A DNA stretch of 64,000 nt from Marsupella aquatica (GCA_973895155.1 OZ316893.1:26896798-26960797), one strand, 5' to 3'. Counted from the first letter of the stretch, positions 38,911 through 50,772 are shown. A program made the numbers and translations. Notes: generated from the letters alone by a model not told the origin.

Positions 38911-39896
38911 CCCTTCCTCTCCGTGGCTTGTGTTCGGCTCCCCCTCCTCTCCTCGCGCTTGTGCTCCTGCTCGGCTCCCCCTCGCACTGAATTAAATGCT
39001 GGCCGAGATGCTGGCAAAAGCAAGGGAGGAAGAAAAAAACGCCGAAAGGAGGGCGCGCGGCCCTATGCGCGACCCAGGGGCAATGACGAGCCCCGCATGT
39101 GTATACACAGGCAGGACGGGGAGGCCGGTAGGAGAGAAAGAAAACGTCCGGAGTGGGTAACATGGGCGTGCGGCCCTATGTGCGTGGTCGCCCCCTTGGC
39201 CGTGTGCATACACAAAGGTGCGGCCTCCAGCTGCCAGGCGGCAAGAAAAGAAGGATCAAGAGAAGGGGCGAAAAGGCCCCCCTGAAAACGCAAAACCTCC
39301 CGGAAAGTGAGAAGCGCTCCCCTCGTCTCCTCCTGTGTGTACTCCGCTGGTCCGCAAATTTAAGTGTATACACATAAGTGATGTGTATACAAAGAAAAAT
39401 CTAACTCTAACTCCATCACTAGATTTTTCTTCAAAGAAATTGCGCTGCTGTCGACGGAAAGTGTTGACCGTCGCGAGCAATTGAGAAACACAGCGTTTCT
39501 GATCTTCTTCCCTTCACTCGTCAGTTCTTCTTGAATAAAAGGCGTGATAGAAACAAACATACTGAAATCGAATCGAAAACCGGCGAGATGCCAAGATCGG
39601 CCGGGAGCATCTAACAAATCACTGTGTGAATTCCGTGTACGGAACCGACGAGCAGCCTCTGAAAAACTCTGTCTCACAGCGATTCAAGAAGAACTGAAGA
39701 ACGGCAAAGAAAAACATGCCCTAAGTAGGACCGGGTCCAGGTGTCACACTAACAAACCCCTTTTGCTTCAAGAACAGCCCAGACTCGCTACAAGAACATG
39801 ACACTAACTCAAGTAGTACACTAGCCCTAACCATACCTAGCGGGCATGCGAGGGACATGCCGATGTGCACAAGCGGCACTGTCCCTCGGCATGACA

Positions 39897-42861
39897 GACA
39901 TCCACTGGCAACAATTGTGGGTAACGTTCGACCAACAATGCCACATGACGTAATGAGACTCTACGTGCTGTCTCATCAGTCTCCACATACAAATAACGGT
40001 GCTCAGGAATGCCGGCTTGAAGAATGGCAGCCAATCCAGTGCTAATTCCACCAAATAAATCCAACAAACAAATACCCTCATGTGGATATTGCCATGCAAT
40101 AGGAGTAGTATCCAGTGGGGAAAGAGTCACCGGTCCATTTGCAGTTGACTGCTCTGCTCCTGATTGCGGTGTAAAAGCATGATGCCATGCATCATGTATC
40201 AATCGGGCCGCACTTTGTGGCAAGGCCTGTCCAGTACCCCATACTAGTGTCACAACACTATCAATGGGCAATCCATGCATGAAGTGTTCCTCATGTGTCT
40301 CCTCCACCGTAGGAACATCTGCTGCATGTGCGTTACCCTCAATCAAATTATTAGCTCCAGTAATCAAACTACTAAATGCTGCCAAAGATAATGGTGCAGA
40401 TTTGGGGCCTCCAACAGGTCCACTAAATCGCACTGGCAATTGGCTCAATCGAGCATCTCCAGATTGCCAATCGGGTTGATACAACACTGATTCATTCCAA
40501 AAATCAAGAACAAATCCCATAGGATAGAGAACTGTACATCCTACCAAGACATCATATGACTCAGCCTTAGTCAAAATAGCTCGAGCCTGGATCCGTGAGT
40601 TATCCTTTGAATGATCCTCCTGAATTCTAAGTTCAAGTGCTCGTCGAGTAATATGTTGTGTGGGTGTAGGTCCTCCCAATGAAGTCTGAATGGGAAAGGG
40701 ACACTCCTCCAAATCATCAGGACGCAATCCCAATCCTCTTATCGCAGACTTACCCAACATCAAGGGCTGAGCACCAGTATCCAGTAACACTCGCTCTGGC
40801 TGGTATATTGCTCTAGAAGGCCCAACTAATCGGAAGATATCACTCCGATTATCCAATGATATGACGCTAGGTTTAAACCTAGTCCTCTCATAAGCAGGGC
40901 GCGCTGGTAAATCTATCAACCTTGCCGTTGCTGCATGCCATGTCTCATTACTGGCAATAGGTGGATTCAACTCCACTGCTTCAGAATTGGGCGTTGCTTC
41001 TGCACACGAAGCAACAGCTGGAGTGTCCTCGCATAATGTGGCCGCCAATCTGAACACCTCTGCTGGACTAACTCCCAATGTCAGCATATCTGTAGCAGAA
41101 AATAATGGCGTGCGCACTATAGTAGTGGCCGCCCCCAACAGGGTACTTGTCATCCTTGTCACAACATCACTTGAATCCGCCAACTTTCCCCCACCTGGGT
41201 TAGTCCGAACCGGATTCATAGAGGTAGTTTGAACTGCCTCTAACAATGTAAACGATTGGGGAAGCTTCGTTTGACGACAAATATCCCCTCTCTGAGGATC
41301 CAACTCTACCACTGCTCCTCGTGGCTCAAGGGCTTTAACTGCTCCTCGAGTCAAAGCTGCTGATGCATCAACATGCGCAGTGCCACACATAAATCCCATG
41401 GTGGCAAGATCTCCATCAGCTCCATAAGAGGTTGAAGCTCCATAGGATGTAGAAGCCCTATCACTAGCAGTAGGTCTAACTTGAGAACTAGCCATTGCAG
41501 CTAGTTGTTGCTCCAATTGAGCAATCTTTGCATCCTTAGGATCTGTGGTAACGGTAGGAGCAACATCACCTCCCTGTCTTCCTGCATGTGGCATGCCTCG
41601 ACCACGTCCACCACCTCTACCTCCTCTTCCACACGTGGTCCTCCCCGTCGTAGTTCAGGATGAAGTACAAAACACCTATCTTTGGAGTGTCTAGAAACTC
41701 CACAATGATCACACTGTCGTTGATCAGGTGTAGATGCCCCTCCTTGCCCCCTATTATCTGGGCAATATCTTTGTGCATGATCCCCACCACAAGTCCAACA
41801 TCCTGATTGTTGTCCAACATAAGAAGACACAGATCTCTGACTAGTAGATTCCCGTGTTGTAGGCTTCTCTCTCTGGCTCTTACGTGCAGTAGGTTGCGGT
41901 GTGGGCGTCGATGCAACCTTTGGTGCTTCCTTGGCAAATCCAGAAGTCACCACCTTCTCATTCACCATATTGAGCTCAATGCGCTCAGCAAGTGCAAAAA
42001 CTATAGCCAATATGGGATCTGAATCCCTCAATAGAGTGGCATCTCTCACTCTACGACGCAACTCCCTATCCAGAATTGCATACCAAAATTGGACCGCTTG
42101 GGCCTCTGTCACTCCTTGTGTGACCGTAATCAATCTTCGCATACGAGTGTATGCCTCACGTAGGCTCTCTCCAGTCTTGCGCTGGAACTCTTGAAGACCC
42201 TTCAACTTATCGGTTCTCACACCCTGGTAGTTCTGCTTCAATACTTCAAAGAACTTCATCACAGGGTTAAATGTTGGCGCAGCTCCACTCCCAGCCACAA
42301 TCACACCGGTAGGAGTAGCGGTGGATGCTGATGGAGTGCCACTCTGGCTAGTGCTGCTAGAAGAAGCCGCAGCTGTAGCAATGGGTTGGGCAACCGCACT
42401 TGTGCCATAAGTGATGGACACATAGTTTGGTGACCAATGCTGTCTCCATGCCTCAATATCCACTAAATGAGCCTTTTCGAAACTCATGGTAGTCATCCAT
42501 GGGTGGCCCCTCCAAATGCTGAAACAACCCTTTCCAAGCCATGAAAGGTGTGAACAATGTGGCATTACGCATTGGTATCAAACTCTCGGATGAAATCATC
42601 CAAATCAATCGTGCCAACTGCACCAGAGTATCTCCTCGGTTCTTTCGTGGCCCCATACATCTCTTCCATATCCCACAACAATGGCACAGTCACTTGATGT
42701 CGAGGAGAACTGGCTACTAAGTCCTCGTCAGAATCACTATCTGAAACCCCACTTGTGACCACTAACAATGTCGTCGGCCAAAATTGCACTCCACTCCGAG
42801 TGAAACCAGACCGTCGTCCCTCGGGTAGCCCCGTATCACTAGAGGACTTCGTGATGACCAA
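39897..42861 (-). pseudogene. Outer element Gag (two CCHC knuckles), aspartic protease and DNMT motifs I-II
   Basis: RRYSGAVG, FQRKTGESLREAYTRM, CWTCGGDHAQRYC, CDHCGVSRHSKDRC, LLDTGAQP...YDVLVG, LDLFGGISTG, YVETDE; several frameshifts in gag. Confidence 0.9.
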
Positions 42862-42913
42862 TTTTCCCTAAATGGTCACCATCAACTCACCATTCTCAAT
42901 AATCAACCGATTG

Positions 42914-43313
42914 GCGAAACGGTGTTCCGTGGATACCCATCACTCAATTGCGGAACGGTGTTCTATAATGCACCACCACCAATCTCCAAGACAATTGACA
43001 GAACGGTGTTCCGTCAATTGCTTAGTTGCGAGACAATGTTCCGCACCAACCCTTCTTCACAACGTAGACGAGATGTGTAATGGGGCAGACCAATCTTCAA
43101 TATGCACCCACGACGGAATAGTGTTCCGTGGAAAACCAATCTTCCCAAAATTATCACAACAAAATGGTAATCTGTACCCGATCGTTCTCCAATATGCACT
43201 CACGACGGAACAGTGTTCCGTGGAAGACCAATCTTCCCAAAACTACCACGACGGAACGGTGTTCCGCGGTCAACCAATCTCCAATATGCCCTCTCAACGG
43301 AACGGTGTTCCGT
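42914..43313. repeat. Array of about 8 palindromic 17-mers (ACGGAAC-NGT-GTTCCGT) in the outer element leader
   Basis: Copies at 42914, 42950, 42998, 43028 (degenerate), 43113, 43205, 43251, 43297. Confidence 0.85.
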
Positions 43314-46300
43314 GGAAGACCTTCACAACCCTATTGCTGCGAAAACCCCGCCCGCAATTCCCGGACAAAGTCACTGTTCACTCACTTTGTCGTTTTCCTT
43401 GTGTCCTAGGTCGCTGCCGCACCTCGCCTCTTCGCGGTGCACTACATCGCCTCTCCGCGGTGTGCTACGTCGCCATAGGGGACACAATTCGTCAACATCC
43501 AACGTCGCTTTCTTCAAAGAAATGCACTATCCGTCAACATTAAGCTTGACGAATCTCAAATCCGCAAGATACAACTTCAACTATCAACCCCCGATTGGAA
43601 CCATCCCCAACCAGAATCACAAACAATCACAAGTCCGACCAACTTGCCTTCACAAAACCGCAGTGAATACTCTTAGCAATCCGCGCATAACAATCGACGA
43701 CAACTTCTGATCATCGACCACACATTCACTCCTCCAACATGCTGCAATGTCGATCGATGCAAATCGCAACTCCAAACGCGCAACTCAACAACTCAAAGCT
43801 CCGCATTCACTCAAGCTTTCTCAACACCAACTTGTAACAGATCGAGATACCAACAATCCGTTCAACAACAAAACCCGATCCGAGATACCACGAATCGTCA
43901 ACAACAAAACCACAACGAAATCGAACTTCTGTTTGCACAATCCGTACATCAGAATTCGAAGCTGATCTTTCAATGTAATCTTCTTCAATAGTGCAAATCG
44001 AACAACGATCGGTGCTAGTCCAACAACGATCCCATCCGACGCGATCACACATGTATGTCAAGCCCAACGCACCTTGTGCTTCAAGGAATCCACGTTACAT
44101 GCACACAACCTGGTCAGCCACACCATAGCCACCAAGCTCATGCTCAAAGGCTCAACATTGAAAGATGAGGCCTTTGAGCCAACACAAGGGGATAACTATC
44201 CCTCACACCAACTCAAACTAAACACAGTGCTCATATAACACACATACAAAACCTCTATACCTAGATAGTACGATATACTTTACTACCACTCTAAATGGTG
44301 TGACACCCCACCCCGACCCTGTTCTGGCCCGACCCCCGGCTTGTCCCGGCCTCTCCCGGCCTGACCCCTGGCCTGTCCCTGCCTATCCCGGCCTATCCTG
44401 GCCCGGCCCGGGAAATAACAAGGAACATCCGGTATTTGGGTCGATTTTCGCCCGGCAACTCGACAAGTTGCCAATCACTTCAAACCTGGAAACAAGTAGG
44501 CAATGGCAACAAAGGAAGAAGGAACAGCAACTAAAATGGCCACCAGACCAATAAGAAAATTACCTAGGAAATAATCAATTATATTCCAAAGTGTAATTGC
44601 GATAGGATATGGACGGATCGGCTGCAACTGGCAGAATATTCCCTGAGCCACATCCTTCAATTACGAGGAAGGTAAGACGTATCGTACGAAGTACTGTACA
44701 ATACATTATACGGTGTTGTATCTGAAAGGTAAATACGGAGTAAAGTAAAACATAAATACAGCGGTCGGGTGACGGCGATCTGAGGTGCCGTAGAATCGAT
44801 CACGGGTACAGCACTAGGGAGCCCAACGCATTTGGCGTGCGGGAAATCGCCGGAAATCTGATTGTCAGTCAGTTGGGCAGAGGGCCACCCCGTCCAGGCC
44901 CAACCTGATCTTGTCCGGCCCGGCCCTGCCAATGGGCCAGGGCGTCAGGCACTGAGCCGCAGACGAACCCGATCTTGTCCGGCCCTGTCCTGGCCCTGCA
45001 CTTAGCTGAGCTGAAGACGAACGAAGCAGAGTACAAGAGTACACCGATCTCTCTCTAAGTGCACACTCCGTAAGTGAACACCCTGGATAAATGCAAGGTG
45101 CCGAGTTCTTCCCTTTCGTTTCCTACCAGTTTTGTAAGTGCATAGAGGCTTGCACTGAACGATAAATATATGTAAGTGCAACAGTTCCATGAGGGTTATG
45201 CACACTCATGGGTAACCTCACAATTCCTTCCATTTACAATCGATACGTGCAAATTTTTGTGATACAGATTAATTTGCACTTAGGTTGGGGTATACAATTT
45301 ATGAAAGGAGTCATTTTGCCGTCCATAAAATGCAAATTCCAAGTGTTTGCACTTGAGGATTAGTGCAAACCCTCAGTAAATGCACACCAGAGGCTTCTTC
45401 CCGGGAGTGTGCACCTAACGAGAGGTCCCTGTAGGTCTGCAGCCCAAGTCGAGCTCTTCCTTTCCGTCGTTGAAGCTCTTGGGTCGGCGAAGAGGCCATT
45501 CGAAGAGTGCTGAATGAGTTTGGTCGTAGATAGAGGTGCGTGAGTGCGTGAGTCAGTGAGTCAGCACGCAGCAGCATTGCAATTTTTTACTCATATTGTA
45601 GTACTGTTTTGCGCCTGTTGGCAGCAGAATTGCAAGCGAGCTTTCGAAGGAGAGAACTGTACAGCAGGAGACGAAGACGGCGATGGCGGAGCAGGGAGTG
45701 CTGGAGGAGGAGGAGTAATAGCAGCGGCAGCAGCACCAGCAGCCTGGAACTGCCGGCCAGCAAGCCAAACGGAGAGCAGCAGCAGAACGAGGAGGAATGG
45801 TGTGACGATTGTTGATGATGACGAGGAGGAGGTGTAATCGATCTTGATCATTTCGTTTCATTTGTCGGCCCAACGAGAAGGCATTCGCTGATTCTATCTG
45901 CCCTAGGCAATCGCTGGTGCCCACGCCCTCCCTTCTATTTTCTACACCCTTGCCCGCCCTTCCTTGCCAGCTTGTTCTCTCGGGCGCGGTCCCTTATTGT
46001 TCTCTCTTGCTACATCTCGTACTAGATTTGCTCGCGCTTCTTCTAGACGTGGTCGATGTCGTCTCGAAGCGACTGGAAAGGAGGATTAGTGCGCAGAAAG
46101 GATCAGTCCGGAGTGGAGGATGCATGAAATGGAAAGAGGGAATGATGTCGTAGGGTTTGGAGATAGATGGATGCAGAGAACGGTGGCGTTTTCGAGGCCG
46201 TGTTCGACCGGTCCTGAAATTTTGATAGCGTCCTGTTGACAGTCATCTTTTTCATTAAAGACGTTCTGTCTGCGGTCGACGTAGCTCTGAAGAAAGGAAA

Positions 46301-47004
46301 GGGAAGGAAAACGGTGAGCAGGCGGCACCGTAGTTTTCGGTTCCAAGGGGGGGTTGGTTTGGAGGAATAATAGATCTAAAGGGAAGAATAGTAAGGACTG
46401 TTGTAGTTCCGGTACCGTACCACGAGGTCTGCAGGAGGGATGGTCGCCTTTTCTCGGGAGGCGACGAAAGAGCAGGTTATTTTCTCACGATGGGAATGTA
46501 GTGGTGCGGTTCTGGAAGTGAACCCCGGCGTAGACGATGGCAGGGGTGGTGCTATTGGTAGGTCACAGGAGGAATGAAAGACAAGGAAAGCATGTGGACT
46601 GACATAAGTGCAGCACGTAAATGATGGCTCGGCTCTTGGGTGTGGTAGGAAGTTACTCTTGGCCAAACGCCACAATCTCTCGGAGAAGAACGAACTGTAT
46701 TGTGAGCGGGCAACGGATTGGGAGGCTTAGGTAGTAAGGGGTGTGGATTAGCTCTACTCCGGATTCCGGTCACCTGTTGTCTCTCAGTTTGATCTTCCAT
46801 CATCTGTCGTTCTACTTCGTTGTCTCAAAACTTGAGACAGTAAAATTTTGCCTCTGCGGACCGCTTGGCACCAGGACCTCCTCTCACTCCTCCAGGGTAC
46901 TTTCCCGCCTGTCTGATCAAATCCTTCCTCGTACTTCCTATTCTACGTCTTTTGTCCTAATGCCCGGTATTATCTGATCAAAGGGGAGCCGAGACTCAGG
47001 GGAA

Positions 47005-49623
47005 ATGATGCGTGGGGCATTCTGGGATGTGGGGGGTCTGAAGAACAAGCCAGCGCGGATAAGAGTGTGTGCCTTCGTTGGGTCTCTTATTTACGTCTGC
47101 CTAGTGTTCTGGTCATACCGGCCTGTTCTTGTTGGTGGAGCTGTTGTGAAGGGTGATTTGGATTATCTCTTAGCTATAAAGCACAGTATTACTTGTGACT
47201 CTGACAACTTGCTCGGCGACTGGAACGATAAGGATTCAGACCCTTGTTCCTGGTCTGGTGTGCAATGCGATCCTGATTCTCTGCGGGTTGTGTCCTTGAG
47301 GATAGTGGGAAATCTGGCACGCAGTGCTTCTGAGGTCCCATCCAAACTCTCTGATCTGGAGGATGGTGGTTCGAAGGGGCTTTCGTGTGGGCTGCGTGGG
47401 ACTTTATCACCGGCACTCGGGAAGCTTTCAGAGCTGCGGCTGTTGTCTATAAAGTTCAACAGGCTATCAGGGGAACTTCCAAAGGAGATTGGAGACCTGA
47501 AGGCGTTGCAAATCTTGGACCTTCGTTCTAATCTACTAACAGGACAGATTCCGTCGGAACTCGGGAAGTTACCGCATCTTCGGGTCCTCAACTTGGACAA
47601 CAACGCTTTGCAGGGACACATTCCAAGCGAACTTTCTTCTTGCCAGGAACTGCGTAGATTGAGCGTCTCTGGAAATGTGCTCTCGGGAAGCATTCCTCCT
47701 TCCCTTGGAAACCTTCCCCGCTTGCAACGACTTTCCTTGTCTAAGAACAATCTAGTCGGCTCAATACCCAGAGATCTGTTCTCAGGTGTGTGCACGTTAA
47801 TTTACTTTGACCTCTCAGGCAATCAACTTAGTGGCAGCATCCCTGCTGAGATTGGAGTATGTACTCAGCTGAGATGGCTTCTTTTGAATTTCAACTACTT
47901 TGTGGGCAGCATTCCTGCAGAGATCGGAATGCTTTCCAGGTTGAAGTCATTGCAGGTTGCCGGGAACCATTTGAGTGGGTACATCCCTCCCAAACTCACC
48001 CGGTGCACTATGCTCGAGTATCTTGTCCTATCTAGTCACCACAGTTGGTCTTCTTGCCTTCACCGAACGGAGCGAAACAATTTTGTTGGAGACCTTCCGC
48101 CTGGGCTTGCTTTACTGCCCAATCTGCGTGCATTGTGGGCTCCTGATGCTGGTTTGAGTGATCGATTTCCCTCAGACTGGGGTCCCTGCACAAGGCTCGA
48201 GGGTGTGAACTTGGCACAGAACTCATTTGCCGGGGAGCGATCAGCGGATTTGAGCAATTGCAAAGGTCACATCTTCCTGGATCTCAGTTCCAATCAGCCG
48301 ACTGGTAGTGCCCTGGTCGAGCTTCCAGTTGGGCGCAGTAGGTTCTTTAGTACAAATTCTCCGCTTAGCAGGATACCTGAGGTCCATAATGACGTCTCTA
48401 GCCGTCCACTATCGTGCAGCGTTCACTTTCGCGGAGGGTTGTGGATGAATAGGGCTGCCTCTCAAGTGGTCCTTGACAAGAGTTCTGACAACTCTAAGGA
48501 TGATTTCTTACTTTCCAGCTTGCGAAGGAGACTATTCGCAGATGTGACTACTGACTCAAAATCCTCACAACGTAAGCTGAACTCCATTTTGGTGGCTGCT
48601 ATCACCTCAGGGTGTGCTATAGCCGTTGTCCTATTCGTTTTGGGGTTCCTCTTTCAGTGTTCCAGGTTTCGTAAGAAAAGAGCACCCCCTCCCCAGCCAG
48701 GTCGGAAGGTTGTCGTAACATTCGTGAATGTCAACCATAGCTTGACTTATGAGAACGTCGTCAGGGCGACTGGCAATTTCAGCATTGATAATCTCATCGG
48801 GAGTGGTGGTTTCGGAGCAACCTACAAGGCGGAGGTGAAGCCTGGGTTGTTGGTAGCGGTGAAGAGACTTGCTATTGGGAGGTTTCAGGGGGTGCAGCAA
48901 TTCGATACTGAGATTCGAACTCTAGGGAGGATACGACATCCCAATCTGGTGACATTAATAGGCTACCATGCTAGCCGGGATGAGATGTTTCTCATTTATA
49001 ACTTCTTTTCTCAGGGAAATCTGGAAACACTGATTCACGACCATAAGGAGCACATGGATTGGAAGACTAGACATAACATTGCCCTTCGAGTTGCAGAAGC
49101 TCTTGCATTTCTGCATGACGATTGTGTACCTAGAGTGCTGCATCGTGACATCAAACCGAGCAACATTCTCCTGGATGATGATTTCAATGCACATCTGGCT
49201 GACTTCGGATTGGCACGACTCTTGGGGGCGTCTGAGACTCATGCGACAACAGATGTTGCAGGCACCTTTGGATATGTTGCTCCCGAATACGCCATGACGT
49301 GCCGAGTCACGGACAAGGCTGACGTGTACAGCTACGGGGTGGTTTTGTTGGAGCTAATATCAGGCAAGAAAGCTTTGGATCCCTCCTTTTGTGAATATGG
49401 CGATGGCTTCAACATAGTCAGTTGGGCATGTTTACTTATCCGGCAGGGGCGAGCTCCTGAAGTTTTCCCCACCATGCTGTGGGAGATAGGGCCTGAAAAG
49501 AGTCTGCTGGAGACTTTGAAACTCGCAGTATTATGTACAGTAGACCAACTTCAGATCAGGCCAACCATGAAGGAAGTGGTTGTTACTCTCCAAAAGCTTC
49601 GACCCGGGTTATCGACTGCTTGA
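47005..49623 (+). CDS. RPK2: Intronless LRR receptor-like kinase, RPK2/RPK1 (LRR-XV)-like, 872 aa
   Basis: Signal region, LRRNT (WN...PCSWSGVQC), plant LRRs, TM ([19 protein letters not shown]), kinase [70 protein letters not shown]. Confidence 0.9.
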   Translation: MMRGAFWDVGGLKNKPARIRVCAFVGSLIYVCLVFWSYRPVLVGGAVVKGDLDYLLAIKHSITCDSDNLLGDWNDKDSDPCSWSGVQCDPDSLRVVSLRIVGNLARSASEVPSKLSDLEDGGSKGLSCGLRGTLSPALGKLSELRLLSIKFNRLSGELPKEIGDLKALQILDLRSNLLTGQIPSELGKLPHLRVLNLDNNALQGHIPSELSSCQELRRLSVSGNVLSGSIPPSLGNLPRLQRLSLSKNNLVGSIPRDLFSGVCTLIYFDLSGNQLSGSIPAEIGVCTQLRWLLLNFNYFVGSIPAEIGMLSRLKSLQVAGNHLSGYIPPKLTRCTMLEYLVLSSHHSWSSCLHRTERNNFVGDLPPGLALLPNLRALWAPDAGLSDRFPSDWGPCTRLEGVNLAQNSFAGERSADLSNCKGHIFLDLSSNQPTGSALVELPVGRSRFFSTNSPLSRIPEVHNDVSSRPLSCSVHFRGGLWMNRAASQVVLDKSSDNSKDDFLLSSLRRRLFADVTTDSKSSQRKLNSILVAAITSGCAIAVVLFVLGFLFQCSRFRKKRAPPPQPGRKVVVTFVNVNHSLTYENVVRATGNFSIDNLIGSGGFGATYKAEVKPGLLVAVKRLAIGRFQGVQQFDTEIRTLGRIRHPNLVTLIGYHASRDEMFLIYNFFSQGNLETLIHDHKEHMDWKTRHNIALRVAEALAFLHDDCVPRVLHRDIKPSNILLDDDFNAHLADFGLARLLGASETHATTDVAGTFGYVAPEYAMTCRVTDKADVYSYGVVLLELISGKKALDPSFCEYGDGFNIVSWACLLIRQGRAPEVFPTMLWEIGPEKSLLETLKLAVLCTVDQLQIRPTMKEVVVTLQKLRPGLSTA

Positions 49624-50772
49624 AAAATGCAGCTCCCCTTTATATCGCCATTTTGTCAGCATGAAGACAATCTGCTTGCTTTCTCTCCTCTGTCATGTGC
49701 CCCACTCCTTTAATCCTAGTCAGTTTTGAATGAAGATCATTGGGCGCTTTTTGTTGAGGGGGGGAGGAGGTGATTTTTCAGAAGGACAATGGTCACTCCT
49801 CTTCGAGCAATATTTTGGCGTGGTTCTCACTATCCAGCGTTAATTTAGGAGTGAGCTGGATAGATAGATGTCGTTCCTTGTCCCACACGTCCATTTGTAT
49901 CTAGTCATTCACAATATCAGTAGCTTGTTCGTTCTGCACTCACAAGCACTTGTATCCGTAGAGTGCTGTTGACCATAATCTAGAAAGTTACATCTGTAAG
50001 TACCTCACAAGGTCGCTTACCTTGGCTTTTCGTTCGGAATTTCGCGAGCCGACTCTTCCCCTCGCTTTTGCGGAGATATAATTGAAGGAGCGTTTCTTGT
50101 GGTAATTGCTGTCTCCTCCGGACAAATCTGGGCCTGGGTTAGGTTTCAAAAAATTGATCGGAGAGTTGGGAAGAAGTCGACCGTGTGGAGTACTTTAGTC
50201 GATCGACTATGTCGCAACACTTACGAGGAATGTTCCCGACACCTTATTAATGTCCCGAATTCTTCTGGTGGTTCATAATTTCGTTGTGACAAGGCTGAGA
50301 CATGTGCTTTAACTTGGTGCATTCCCCTAGCAAGGTAATCGAGCTGCACTAGGATTCCTTGAAGGATCTGTACGAGGGCCAGTTTCCAGAGCCACCTGAT
50401 GAGACCTTGCTAGGAAAGAAAGGTAGTTAATTCGCTCACCGAATCTCCAGCTCCTTTGTGTTCTTGTCACATGAATACAGGCGCTGTTGCATTGTCTTCT
50501 GATTCGGGTTGTCTTGAAATTTGGATTCATCAATGAGCCTGCTGGGACCGGCGTTCTCCTCTGGTGTAGAGAAGTGATACTTTTACTGAATTTCTGCGTG
50601 AGTGAGTCGTTGGATGCAGCTTAGGAGTTTTGTAGGTGAAATAGTCAGGGTCCTTGGGATTACTCCTACCTAGGTTGCAGGAATTGACATCAAACTTTTC
50701 TAAAAGTGCCAAGTGTTGGCAAAGACGTGCGTAGTCCATGTCAACAAAGTAGGGGCAATGTGGAGGACATCT

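Larger units (their letters stand above)
30331..39896 (-). mobile_element. Inner (nested) Ty3/gypsy-type retroelement, 9566 bp: Gag-AP-DNMT-RT-RH-INT-PHD, no visible LTRs
   Basis: Minus-strand termini TGTCATG (39896) ... CACGACA (30331); exact 4-bp duplication GACA at 30327-30330 and 39897-39900; removal restores the outer reading frame (LPVDV|VRGYQHALP). Confidence 0.92.
25931..44305 (-). mobile_element. Outer Ty3/gypsy-type retroelement (~8.8 kb without the nested insert): Gag-AP-DNMT-RT-RH-INT-PHD, no visible LTRs
   Basis: Minus-strand termini TGTCACAC (44305) ... GCACGACA (25931); flanks ACCC / CCCC (3 of 4 match); similar CCGG-rich sequence on both sides; domain motifs in the ORFs listed separately. 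Confidence 0.8.

Noticed and set aside
39730-39896. Short 5' LTR ending TGTGACA followed by TGGACCCGG as PBS
   Set aside because: No homology to the 3' tail and no recognised tRNA complement
42914-43313. CRISPR array
   Set aside because: Eukaryotic TE leader, 17-bp degenerate repeats, spacers related to each other, no cas genes
42872-43710. Plus-strand ORFs of 223 and 165 aa as antisense accessory genes
   Set aside because: They are translations of the palindromic repeat array (repeated ERCSV / GTVFRG) with no domain signature
25183-45222. Solo LTR TGTGA...TCACA enclosing the nest
   Set aside because: No TSD (AACAT vs ATTCC), and the left TGTGAC belongs to the 120-bp tandem unit
45544-46153. 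Ala/Gly/Ser-rich ORFs upstream of the kinase
   Set aside because: Low-complexity GCA/GGA repeats keep several frames open; more likely 5' UTR or promoter sequence
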